DNA of 64,000 nucleotides. Source: an uncultured Coriobacteriales bacterium (GTDB lineage: Bacteria > Actinomycetota > Coriobacteriia > Coriobacteriales > UMGS124). The position numbers and the translations under genes are program-made. The DNA lies in contig CAKUAI010000003.1 of NCBI GenBank assembly GCA_934636245.1, forward strand, positions 120,305 through 184,304, read 5' to 3'. Below are positions 37,410 to 45,484 of the stretch, piece by piece; within the stretch, counting starts at the first letter, position 1; each line of letters opens with the position of its first letter. The notes beneath the pieces were generated by a model. That model was given only the letters and a program-made list of their open reading frames with translations, was not told the DNA's origin and ran no database searches.

Positions 37410-39149
37410 ATGCAGAAGAACATGAGCCGCAAGAGCTTCCTCGCAGGTGCCGGCACGGTTGCCGCAGCTGCAGTTGCTGGCAGTGCCGCCGTCGCGCTCG
37501 CCGACGACGCCAAGCCCGCCACTCAGGCCGCCGAGGGCAACATCATCACGCGCGAGACGCTCGAGCAGGGCACCTGGTCGTTCATGGTTGCTCCCGAGCC
37601 CGTCGCCGAGGACCAGATCGCCGAGACCAAGACGCACGAGATCGTCGTTGTGGGTTCCGGTGCCGCCGGCCTGTGCTGCGCGGTGTCGGCCGCTGAGCAG
37701 GGTGCCGACGTCATCGTGTTCTCCGCTGGCACCAAGCCGCTTTCGCGCGGCGGCTCCTTCCAGGCTATCGGCTCCAAGTACCAGGCCGAGCACGGCGTCG
37801 AGGACGACCCCGAGAAGCGCCGCGTCCAGACCCAGATCGACCTCATCGCCGGCGCCCGCATGATGGATTCCCGCAAGTGGATGCGCTGGGAGAACAATTC
37901 CGCCGAGTCCATGGACTGGATGATCGACAAGATGGCCGCCCGCGGCATCGAGTGTTCGCTCGCCATGCCCTACGCTGACGTCGACGGCGTGCTCGACACC
38001 CCGGCCGGCGAGCACAACTTCTGGACGGCCGACGCCCCCATGGGCGTTTTCCAGGGCGCCCCGCTCGTGGCCAAGGCCTGGGCCGACATCTTCACCGAGG
38101 ACTACGGCGGAGAGATCGACTACTCCACCGTCGCCCAGTACCTCATCCGCGAGGACGACAATACCGGTCGCGTGAGCGCGGTCATCGCCCAGGACGCCGA
38201 CGGCAACTACATCAAGTACGAGGCCACCAAGGCCGTCGTTCTCGCCACGGGCGACTTCTCCAAGGACTTCGACATGATGGCCCACTTTGCCCCCTACGCT
38301 TGGGAGCACTTCAAGGACGTCCTCACGCCCGAGGTGGACTACGACGCCGAGATGGTCTACACCGGCCTTATGCCTGGTACGGGCCAGAAGATGGGTCTGT
38401 GGATCGGCGCCGGCTGGCAGAAGACGTTCCCGAACCCCTCTGCCATCAACGGCGCCGTGTCGGGCCCCACGCACTGCGTGGTCGACTCCTTCTGGGGCAT
38501 CAACCTGGCCAAGGACGGCCGCCGCTTCCACAACGAGAACACCAACTTCGCCTTCGGCGCCTACACGCGCATGAACCTCAAGGGCGGCACCGCCTACGCC
38601 ATCTGGGACTCCCAGTACGCCTACACGCAGGATTCCTGGGACGGCCTGGGCGCCACCATCGACAACGTGAACGGCGAGATGTTCATGCCCAAGACCCCCG
38701 AACAGCTCATCGCCAGCTGGGATGCCAACGTCGAGTCGGGCAGCTACTTCAAGGCCGACACGCTTGAGGAGCTCATCGACCAGATGGAGGGCCTCGACAA
38801 GGAGAACGCCCTGGAGTCCATCGCCAACTACAACACCTACGCCAAGAACGGTCTTGACGAGGAGTTCCACGTGAACCCCGAGCTGCTGCACCCCATCGAG
38901 ACCGGCCCGTTCTACGGCTGCATCACGCCTGGCTCTACGTTCCTGTGCGTCATGGGCGGCCTGCGCTGCGATGAGCACTGCCAGGTGATGGACACCGCCG
39001 ACGAGCCCATCGAGGGCCTCTACGAGGTCGGCACCATGATCGGCGACTTCTACGGCGGCGCCTATAACTTTGCCTTCCAGGGCCAGAACCTGGGCGCATG
39101 CTGTACTACCTTCCCCTACCTCGTCGGTCGCGACCTCGCCGCCCTTTAA
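37410..39149 (+). CDS. Tat-exported FAD-dependent oxidoreductase, fumarate reductase flavoprotein family (substrate unknown)
   Basis: ATG 37410 gives MQKNMSRKSFLAGAGTVAAAAVAGSAAVALA. FAD motif IVVVGSGAAGLCCAVSAAEQGADVIVF. C-terminal IEGLYEVGT. Confidence 0.85.
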   Translation: MQKNMSRKSFLAGAGTVAAAAVAGSAAVALADDAKPATQAAEGNIITRETLEQGTWSFMVAPEPVAEDQIAETKTHEIVVVGSGAAGLCCAVSAAEQGADVIVFSAGTKPLSRGGSFQAIGSKYQAEHGVEDDPEKRRVQTQIDLIAGARMMDSRKWMRWENNSAESMDWMIDKMAARGIECSLAMPYADVDGVLDTPAGEHNFWTADAPMGVFQGAPLVAKAWADIFTEDYGGEIDYSTVAQYLIREDDNTGRVSAVIAQDADGNYIKYEATKAVVLATGDFSKDFDMMAHFAPYAWEHFKDVLTPEVDYDAEMVYTGLMPGTGQKMGLWIGAGWQKTFPNPSAINGAVSGPTHCVVDSFWGINLAKDGRRFHNENTNFAFGAYTRMNLKGGTAYAIWDSQYAYTQDSWDGLGATIDNVNGEMFMPKTPEQLIASWDANVESGSYFKADTLEELIDQMEGLDKENALESIANYNTYAKNGLDEEFHVNPELLHPIETGPFYGCITPGSTFLCVMGGLRCDEHCQVMDTADEPIEGLYEVGTMIGDFYGGAYNFAFQGQNLGACCTTFPYLVGRDLAAL

Positions 39150-39690
39150 AGTGTTGCGGAACCTCGTCCGCCGCGTTTCCAGAGGCTAGAGTACTCCAGT
39201 ACACGTCGCCTCCCGGCGCCTTGCGGACGAGAACCCGCTTTTGGGAGGGCAGAACCTCAGGCGCTGCGTTCTGCAAAGGCTCATGTACTCCAGTAGGCCA
39301 AAGGCCCGCACCGCGCACATCAACTCCGCGCGCTTTGCGCCTGAGAACCTGCTTTTAAGAGGGCGAAACCTCACGTGCGGCGTTGCGCAGGGTCTCACGT
39401 ACGTCCAGTACGCATCGACCCTGCGCGCCTTGCGCATCAGAACCCGCTTTTTGGAGCTGCAGAACCTCAGGCGCTGCGTTCTGCAAAGGCTCATGTACTC
39501 CAGTAGGCCAAGGGCGCGCATCTCGCACATCGACTCCGTGAGCCTTGTGGACGAGAACCCGCCTTTGGAAGGGCGGAACCTCACGCGCGGCGTTGCGCAG
39601 GGTCTCACGTACGTCCAGTACGCATCGGCCCTGCGCACGTTGCGCGTGAGAACTTGTTTTTGAGAGGGCGGAGCATCGTCTGTGATATTC
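39150..39690. repeat. tandem REP-like array: about 2.5 copies of a 210-bp unit built from two related ~95/115-bp subunits
   Basis: The landmark GTACTCCAGTA / GTACGTCCAGTA recurs at 39191, 39285, 39399, 39495 and 39609 (210-nt period). Subunits contain hairpins, e.g. GCGCAGGGTC-22 nt-GACCCTGCGC and GCAGAAC-12 nt-GTTCTGC. Confidence 0.8.
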
Positions 39691-39692
39691 AA

Positions 39693-39726
39693 GGGCGCTG
39701 GCATATTGATGTCAGCGCCCTTTTTT
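39693..39726 (+). terminator. intrinsic terminator after the tandem array
   Basis: GGGCGCTG - gcatattgatgt - CAGCGCCC followed by TTTTTT. Confidence 0.75.
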
Positions 39727-39781
39727 GTGCGAGTTGCGCGTATCAGTGTTCGTTATGATTGGCGGATGCTTCGACAATGAC

Positions 39782-39933
39782 GAAAATCGCCAAAAGTCTG
39801 CGTTATAACTCTGATGCTCCGGTAGCTCCAAAACACGCGGGTCATCTACCTGGGGTGATAGAGACACTCAATATGGAAAGCACGGGCCCGCAGCTCCTGG
39901 GTCATATTATTACGCAGACTTTTGGTCTTTTTG
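39782..39933. mobile_element. MITE-like repeat, family 2, copy A
   Basis: TIRs GAAAATCGCCAAAAGTCTGCGTTATAA ... TTATTACGCAGACTTTTGGTCTTTTTG. The TIR consensus resembles family 1 (GAAAA..GCC....GT[CT]TGCGTT[AT]TAA). Confidence 0.7.
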
Positions 39934-39988
39934 ATTGTCGCGCTCGGCAACGCATGACTAATGAGGCGATATCGACGTTGCTGTGGCG

Positions 39989-41173
39989 TCATTTTTTCCG
40001 GTTGCCTGCAAGCTGATGGATGTGAGACCAGCTACTCATGACTTCTCTGTGCAGTTCATCTGCTCGCCGTGCCTGTGTGTCGGTTTTCTTTCGGGGCTGG
40101 GTGCCCAGAAGCCGTGCGATCGTTTTCGTGAGTGCAGCGAATCTTTGTGCATCACGTAGCTGGGCAAATGTGATGGGAAGCACATTGATTCCCATGTAGC
40201 TGAGCGCAGTACAGCGGTCGGAGTCAGACAAGAAGCTGCGCTCTTCCTGATGGATAACAGCGCTTTGGCACTCAAGGTCGAGGCTGCCATCTTCCCAAAA
40301 GAGATCGCACATGCAAAACTGACGTTGAGCGAGAAGCCTGCCTTCTCGCGACAGTGTGACCTTGCGATTGAATGTAAAGTCGTCAAACCCTTCGCCGCCC
40401 AGGCGGCGGGGGAAGCCGAGCAGAATGCCAGCCCGGACTTCGAAGGGTGAGGCTGCGCCTTCCCGCATGAGTGAGGCGGCCTGCTGCAGGCGAAGCCTGC
40501 CACGTCTTGCGTCGGACATTTCCGCGAAGCGCAATATCGCGTAAGGTGTGGCGAGCGGAGGACGGGACCACAGGTTGGTAAGGCGACCCTTGCCATCCAC
40601 AAGAGGCTCCCATCCTGCGATCTTTGGAATCCCGCGTCTCTCGAGAATCCGTTGGAGGCATTCCCTGATAAGAGATGGGGGATTGTACACAGCAAAGGAG
40701 CCACAGAGTTCATCGCCCATCATGATCAGCTGAGCCAGGCTTGCATGGGCGGCGAATTGCTGCAGGATGAGCTCGGGAGTCGCCACCCAAATGTCGTCTA
40801 TGAGATGCACACGACCGCCCGACGGGATATCACCCGTCCAAAGGTGTGACCTTAGAAGCGACGATGCATGAAACTGAACGCGTGCATGTACAAGAATGTC
40901 AATGGACGCCGTGTGGTTGGCGGCAAGAGACGGAATAGCCCAGTGCAAGTCTCGACTTGTTGCGCCAGAGCGCCGAGTCCTTGTGTTTGGGTTTAAGAAC
41001 AGCGTGCATAGAGGAAGTTCAGCGAATGCCCTTGCTCGGAAGACCTGAAGCATGTCGGGGCTTATGATGTCTGACAGCAATGGATCATCGCCTGCTCCCG
41101 CTAGGAGCAGGTGGACAATCGGCGGGATTCGCCAGTAATTAAATGCCGTAACACCGCAAATAGTAGTCTCCAT
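39989..41173 (-). CDS. hypothetical protein with a C-terminal DUF559/Vsr-like endonuclease-fold region
   Basis: The C-terminal pattern ASPFEVRAGILLG...F..NRKV.......R..CMCDLFWEDGSLDLECQSAVIHQEE....D..RCTALSYMGINVLPITFAQL resembles DUF559 proteins (SP.E..l...l......Q......yr.D......lEvDG..H......D..R...L...G..v.R.t). The N-terminal part is unassigned. Visibly lower GC. Confidence 0.5.
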   Translation of the reverse strand: METTICGVTAFNYWRIPPIVHLLLAGAGDDPLLSDIISPDMLQVFRARAFAELPLCTLFLNPNTRTRRSGATSRDLHWAIPSLAANHTASIDILVHARVQFHASSLLRSHLWTGDIPSGGRVHLIDDIWVATPELILQQFAAHASLAQLIMMGDELCGSFAVYNPPSLIRECLQRILERRGIPKIAGWEPLVDGKGRLTNLWSRPPLATPYAILRFAEMSDARRGRLRLQQAASLMREGAASPFEVRAGILLGFPRRLGGEGFDDFTFNRKVTLSREGRLLAQRQFCMCDLFWEDGSLDLECQSAVIHQEERSFLSDSDRCTALSYMGINVLPITFAQLRDAQRFAALTKTIARLLGTQPRKKTDTQARRADELHREVMSSWSHIHQLAGNRKK

Positions 41174-41380
41174 GCGCTTACCCTACCATGCCCAGACAAC
41201 GGCATGGAGGGGCAGATTCACATTGGGGTCATTATTGCAAGACCTCCTTATTTTGTGACAAAAATACCTGGTAGATGTGACGTTTGTCACAAAAAGTCAC
41301 AGGATTTGAAGCAGGCAATCGACCTCAGGAGATACTCGGTTTTTTGAGGCAACGTTGCTGCGCTTCAAGGTGCTCACTGC

Positions 41381-41532
41381 GAAAAAAGCCAAAAGTATGC
41401 GTTATAAATTCCGCCACATTGGCAGAAGGAAGAACGGACTTTTTCGCCACTGTATCTACCTCGTGTAATGTTTGGGCGAGAATGGGCATGCAGAGCAGCT
41501 TGAAATTATAACGCAGACTTTTGGCAGTTTTG
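41381..41532. mobile_element. MITE-like repeat, family 2, copy B
   Basis: TIRs GAAAAAAGCCAAAAGTATGCGTTATAA ... ATTATAACGCAGACTTTTGGCAGTTTTGG. The interior differs from copy A. Confidence 0.7.
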
Positions 41533-41629
41533 GTTGCAGGGTAGCGCGGGATGTGGAAAAGGCCGGGCGAAAAGTCCGTCCGAATGGTCGTTCGCATTTG
41601 GATGGGCGTTTTTTGCTCACAGCCAACTT

Positions 41630-41896
41630 TTAGGGGCAGCAGCCGCGCCGATTATCTGCGCTGCGAGAGCCCCGCAGGGTCAGGTCCCGCTTCTGATGAT
41701 GTCGCATCATTGCTTGCAATTGGATATTGTTGGAGAGCGATGAATCGAAAAGTCCATCGAAGGCCTCTATGCTATCGGTACATGCTCGGGTCGCTATTAC
41801 TCGGGCAACTATCCCGTTTACCTGGTGGGCAATTGCCTGGGTCGCAATATGACCTTTGGCTACCAGGTCATTAAGGAGATTGCCGGCGAGGCGTAA
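41630..41896 (+). pseudogene. 3-prime relic of a flavoprotein reductase gene (in-frame TGA, 5-prime part missing)
   Basis: 41744..41896 translates IEKSIEGLYAIGTCSGRYYSGNYPVYLVGNCLGRNMTFGYQVIKEIAGEA*, compared with IEGLYAIGNCCGGRYALTYPGILAGNSIGMAMTNGYVCGQVVAAL* at 8288..10150. Upstream, ..SHHCLQLDIVGER-TGA resembles ..CDEHCQVMDTADEP of 37410..39149. It begins right after MITE copy B. Confidence 0.7.
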
Positions 41897-41932
41897 GGCT
41901 GTCGTTGTGCAATTGCATGATTGAGGCTAGCC

Positions 41933-41976
41933 AACGCGCGCCCCAGGTGCATGCCGTGCCTGGGGCGCGCGTTTTC
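41933..41976 (+). terminator. intrinsic terminator belonging to the relic gene
   Basis: AACGCGCGCCCCAGG - 11 nt - CCTGGGGCGCGCGTT followed by TTCG. Confidence 0.65.
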
Positions 41977-42112
41977 GCGTTCTATGCTGCGCTTTGTCCG
42001 GGCTGCCGCTCTCTGTTGCCCGTGCGCGTCGCATTGGTTGAGCACTTTGATTCCGGGACGGCAGGGCGAGCGCCTGAAACGTCCGTCCGCTCATGCCCTC
42101 GCGCCCGGGCGA

Positions 42113-43069
42113 TTACCCTCGAAAATATCGTTCGGCATACTCCAGGGACTTGTCTATGAATTCCTGCAGCTTATCTATATCGTTATACATTCCATGGTTG
42201 GAGTTGGGGAATTCGATATAGTCGTACGGTACATTGTGAAGGTCATAAGCATCCATCAGGTAATACTTCTGACTCACTGGGACGCAATGGTCGATTCGGC
42301 CGTATGCAATCAAAGAGGGGACCGAGTCGTCCGTCACGATTCCTGCTGGAGAGATCCGCTGGATGTCCAGCGTATAGTCGTCCAGCTCCTTTCCGGTCAT
42401 CATCTTGCAGAAGTCGCCTTCCGACGTAAGTCCGTCTACCTTCATGAGCAGGGACCACTCGGAGGGTTCAAAACAAGTGGGCGCAGCTACTTGGAAGACG
42501 AACCTGACCGGAATCGCAGAGTTCTCATTGTATGCCAAGTTCATGGCCAAGGTTCCACCTGCAGACACGCCGAATGGAGCCATGCCTGCGATGTGGTAGC
42601 CAAGTTCCTCCGCCTGTTGTTGGATCGCTTGAACGGCACTCTCAATCTCTTCGTTCATTTGATAGATGGATGCATCCTTGCCGTGCGTCTGCAAGGTGTA
42701 ATCTACAGAAGCGGTGATATATCCTTGCGAGGCGTAGTATCTGCACCACGTCTCACCGTCATCTTTTGAGCCGGAATTGAAGCTTCCGCCGTGAATATAG
42801 AGAATCAAGTATTGATTCTGGCTCTTGTCCAGTCCGGAGGGAACGTAGAGGTCGTACTGATTCCCATTTGCGTTTTCGTATGTCTGGTTTCTGAACACTT
42901 CTCCGCTCGAATCCTGTCCGAGCGATTTTACAAACCGTTCCGGCGCACTTCCCAGTAGAGAGATTCTTATCAGTGCGCTGGCAAGAAAGACGAGAATGAA
43001 TAATCCGACGTAGGCGATTGCTTTTGCTTTGTTGCTCATATGATGTTGTCCAACAGAAGTTTTCCGCAT
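42113..43069 (-). CDS. membrane-anchored alpha/beta hydrolase (esterase/lipase-like)
   Basis: N-terminal TM helix. HGG-type oxyanion motif LILYIHGGSFNSG. Nucleophile elbow GVSAGG (GxSxG). Late HCVP/NSNHGM His. AT-richer than the flanks. Confidence 0.8.
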   Translation of the reverse strand: MRKTSVGQHHMSNKAKAIAYVGLFILVFLASALIRISLLGSAPERFVKSLGQDSSGEVFRNQTYENANGNQYDLYVPSGLDKSQNQYLILYIHGGSFNSGSKDDGETWCRYYASQGYITASVDYTLQTHGKDASIYQMNEEIESAVQAIQQQAEELGYHIAGMAPFGVSAGGTLAMNLAYNENSAIPVRFVFQVAAPTCFEPSEWSLLMKVDGLTSEGDFCKMMTGKELDDYTLDIQRISPAGIVTDDSVPSLIAYGRIDHCVPVSQKYYLMDAYDLHNVPYDYIEFPNSNHGMYNDIDKLQEFIDKSLEYAERYFRG

Positions 43070-43206
43070 ATTGCCCCCGACACGATGGCTGTGGCAACGA
43101 CAATTGCCACCACGAGAAGGTTCTTCATTCGCACAATGCTCTCCCGATTGACGCGTTGTTTGTTTGATCCTTTTGGGATTTGCAACATTGCTTCCGCGCA
43201 GGGTCG

Positions 43207-44151
43207 CTATTTCATGTAGGTATCCAGATAGTCCACAACGGTATCCAGATACTCCATATAGACCGCATTGTCGTTTTGGAGGCCATGACCGGAATGTTCA
43301 GCCACGAAATACTGGTAGTCCACCCCGTTTTCTTCTAGTGCGGCGACCAGCGGTTTAGACGCGGCAAACGGCTGCATCTTATCGAGTGCGCCGTAGCACA
43401 ACACGGAGGGCACGGTGTCCTTCGTAACCCAGCGGTCTGCGGAAATCGGCTTGACCGATTCTAGATAGGCACCGGATGTAATGTCTTCCGGGGTAATTGT
43501 CTGACCGGATATCACGCTAAACAGCCCTGCGGCGGCCTCTGGGTTTTGGTCGAGTCCGAAGATACCCCAATCCTCCACGTGAAAACTGCCCGGGCCGACT
43601 GCTTCAAACATCATTTTGACTGGAACAGGCGAGGTAGCGGCATCTCGGTATGCATAAATCAACGCAAGACATCCCCCTGCGCTACCGCCGGAAATTGCCA
43701 TCCGGTCAATGTTGTAACCGAGCTTTTCGGCTCGTGCAACCACATGCGGCATGGCTTCTTTGATTTCTTCGGATTGGCTGTACACGCTGGCTTCAGGGTT
43801 TTCTGCCGAAAACAGCGTGTAATTTATTCCTGCCGCCACATAGCCTTTGCTGCATAGCCATTCAAGCATCTTGGCGTCGTCAGACTTGTCTCCGAGGGTA
43901 AACCCACCAGCATGGAGATAGACCACGAGACCGTAGTTCTCCTGGCTGCTATCTGCGGGAACATATAAATCGAACTTGTTGGCGGTACCGTCCCCATAGG
44001 GCAAGTCAGTATACGCAATGCCGACGGTTTCATCCCAATTAGTCTCGTACTTGCCCTGGGCCGGGTCGCCGGTTAACTTGAGAAGGGCAAAGATGATGAA
44101 AGCCGCAAGAAATGCAGCTGTATAGAGCAGCCCCCATTTCGGTATCCTCAC
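43207..44151 (-). CDS. membrane-anchored alpha/beta hydrolase, paralog of 42113..43069
   Basis: LVVYLHAGGFTLG, ISGGSAGG (GxSxG) and AEHSGHGL. Same architecture as its neighbour. Confidence 0.8.
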   Translation of the reverse strand: MRIPKWGLLYTAAFLAAFIIFALLKLTGDPAQGKYETNWDETVGIAYTDLPYGDGTANKFDLYVPADSSQENYGLVVYLHAGGFTLGDKSDDAKMLEWLCSKGYVAAGINYTLFSAENPEASVYSQSEEIKEAMPHVVARAEKLGYNIDRMAISGGSAGGCLALIYAYRDAATSPVPVKMMFEAVGPGSFHVEDWGIFGLDQNPEAAAGLFSVISGQTITPEDITSGAYLESVKPISADRWVTKDTVPSVLCYGALDKMQPFAASKPLVAALEENGVDYQYFVAEHSGHGLQNDNAVYMEYLDTVVDYLDTYMK

Positions 44152-44351
44152 AGGAAGTTCCCCCCGAACAAAGTGCCGCCCAGCAGCTGGTTAAGGGTGG
44201 CGCGAACAGCCAGACGCCCTAGAATTGCCCCTAGCAGAATTGAGACCGATAGAATAAGAAGCCGCTTTTTAACCAAAGTGATACCGCCAATTTTTAATAC
44301 GTCCAGAGTGCAGTTCGTCTTGATTTTTCGATGGGACGAATGTATCGTCAA
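44148..44351 (-). CDS. possible small membrane protein
   Basis: 67-aa ORF whose stop overlaps the start of 43207..44151 by 4 nt. One hydrophobic helix (LLILSVSILLGAILG). No other support. Confidence 0.35.
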   Translation of the reverse strand: MTIHSSHRKIKTNCTLDVLKIGGITLVKKRLLILSVSILLGAILGRLAVRATLNQLLGGTLFGGNFL

Positions 44352-44400
44352 CTCAGCGTCGAGTCAATTGTATCGGCATAAATGAGACAAAGAAGGGCGT

Positions 44401-44940
44401 TTGTATCATCCCATGAAGAGCATGAACAATCGGGAGAAGAACACCTATGTTCGACAGCACATCCTGTCTGCGTTGTTGGAATTGATGAATACGCAGAGCT
44501 TTGCATCCATTAGCATTCAGGGGCTGGTGAATGCCGCGGGGGTCGGAAGGGCTTCCTTTTATCGAAACTTTGCAAGTAAAGAAGATGTGCTGCGGCAAGA
44601 ATCGGTTCGATTGACTGCCGTATGGAAAGCACAGTTTGACGCAGCTCATCCTGATGGTACGCCGGGACAAGACTCATTGTGGCTCGTCAGCCTACTTGAC
44701 TTTTACAAGAGCCATGCTGAGTTTTACCTCGCGCTGTATCACGCGGGGCTCTCTGAAATCGTATTGGAAACGATTCTCGGTTACTTTGACCGATCGCCTG
44801 AGATTCCCAATGTGCTGGCCTATCTGAATTCTGCCATCGGGTATATGCTGTATGGCTGGATACACGAGTGGATGCGTCGCGGAATGCAAGAAACCGGAAC
44901 GGAGCTCGTCTGCATAATCGAGGAATCGCAGAAAAAGTGA
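44401..44940 (+). CDS. TetR/AcrR-family transcriptional regulator
   Basis: N-terminal HTH ILSALLELMNTQSFASISIQGLVNAAGVGRASFYRNFASKEDVL. Divergent from the hydrolase genes. Confidence 0.85.
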   Translation: MYHPMKSMNNREKNTYVRQHILSALLELMNTQSFASISIQGLVNAAGVGRASFYRNFASKEDVLRQESVRLTAVWKAQFDAAHPDGTPGQDSLWLVSLLDFYKSHAEFYLALYHAGLSEIVLETILGYFDRSPEIPNVLAYLNSAIGYMLYGWIHEWMRRGMQETGTELVCIIEESQKK

Positions 44941-45003
44941 GGCCAAGCGATGTGAGGCGTCCTAAAGAAGAGGCTGCGTGAGGCTGACGTTAGTAGAGAA
45001 ACT

Positions 45004-45040
45004 AAAAGAGCCGCCAGTCCTTGAGACTAGCGGCTCTTAT
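45004..45040. terminator. hairpin between the TetR gene and the tRNA
   Basis: AAAAGAGCCGC - 15 nt - GCGGCTCTTAT. A/T runs on both sides make it potentially bidirectional. Confidence 0.6.
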
Positions 45041-45049
45041 CATTTCAAG

Positions 45050-45126
45050 TGGTGCGGCGTACAGGATTCGAACCTGTGACGTTCTGATTCGTAGTCAGAC
45101 CCTCTATCCAGCTGAGGTAACGCCGC
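45050..45126 (-). tRNA. tRNA-Arg(ACG): tRNA-Arg (anticodon ACG), CCA encoded
   Basis: The reverse complement GCGGCGTTACCTCAGCTGGATAGAGGGTCTGACTACGAATCAGAACGTCACAGGTTCGAATCCTGTACGCCGCACCA folds by hand into a cloverleaf. It has a 7-bp acceptor stem, a D arm CCTC/GAGG, an anticodon stem TCTGA/TCAGA with loop CTACGAA, and a T arm ACAGG-TTCGAATC-CCTGT. Confidence 0.95.
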
Positions 45127-45484
45127 ATTGCAAGGAAGTAGTATGCCCTAGTTTGAGGCTGCTGTCAACAGGCATGAGATACTCTTCATAATTCAAACGA
45201 ATTCGAGAGATGACCGTGCTCTCTAGGGTCAAGGTGTCGGTCGGCATCTTGACGCATTCATTCCATCCAGCCGCGTCCCGATTATCCCGGCGAACATCGA
45301 CGAGTCCGTTGGACCTGGCGCACAGAAGTTCTTCGGCCGCTTACCGTGCGAATGTGACATTCAGGGCGCGTGGGGCTGCGGCCCGGTGGTTCCGGTAAAC
45401 ATGGGCTCCTTGTGCCAATGCGGTCCACCATGGCTCCCACGTTCAGCTATATCTTCGGCTGACCTGCCCGTCTGCCCCTGAAGG

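Noticed and set aside
39150-39690. Possibility that the tandem array is a CRISPR locus
   Set aside because: The units are ~95-115 nt and contiguous, without short unique spacers. There are no cas genes in the window. The repeats are diverged rather than near-identical.
39186-39704. 172-aa (minus) and 140-aa (plus, 39241..39663) ORFs spanning the tandem array
   Set aside because: The peptides are internally repetitive only because the DNA is a 210-bp tandem repeat rich in hairpins. There is no RBS or start context, and both strands are open. They are treated as non-coding.
39759-40016. ORFs crossing MITE copies (39759..40016 plus, 41325..41597 minus, 10272..10670 plus, 14620..14850 plus, 5042..5377 plus) that share peptide snippets such as KIAKSLRYN / ITQTFGLF
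   Set aside because: The shared peptides are translations of the terminal inverted repeats. The ORFs have no other support and differ in frame and strand between copies.
42907-42917. 11-nt match (TCGAATCCTGT) to the T-arm/3-prime part of tRNA-Arg, considered as a possible att repeat for the island
   Set aside because: It lies inside the coding sequence of hydrolase 42113..43069. It is in inverted rather than direct orientation relative to the tRNA, and it is too short to be convincing.
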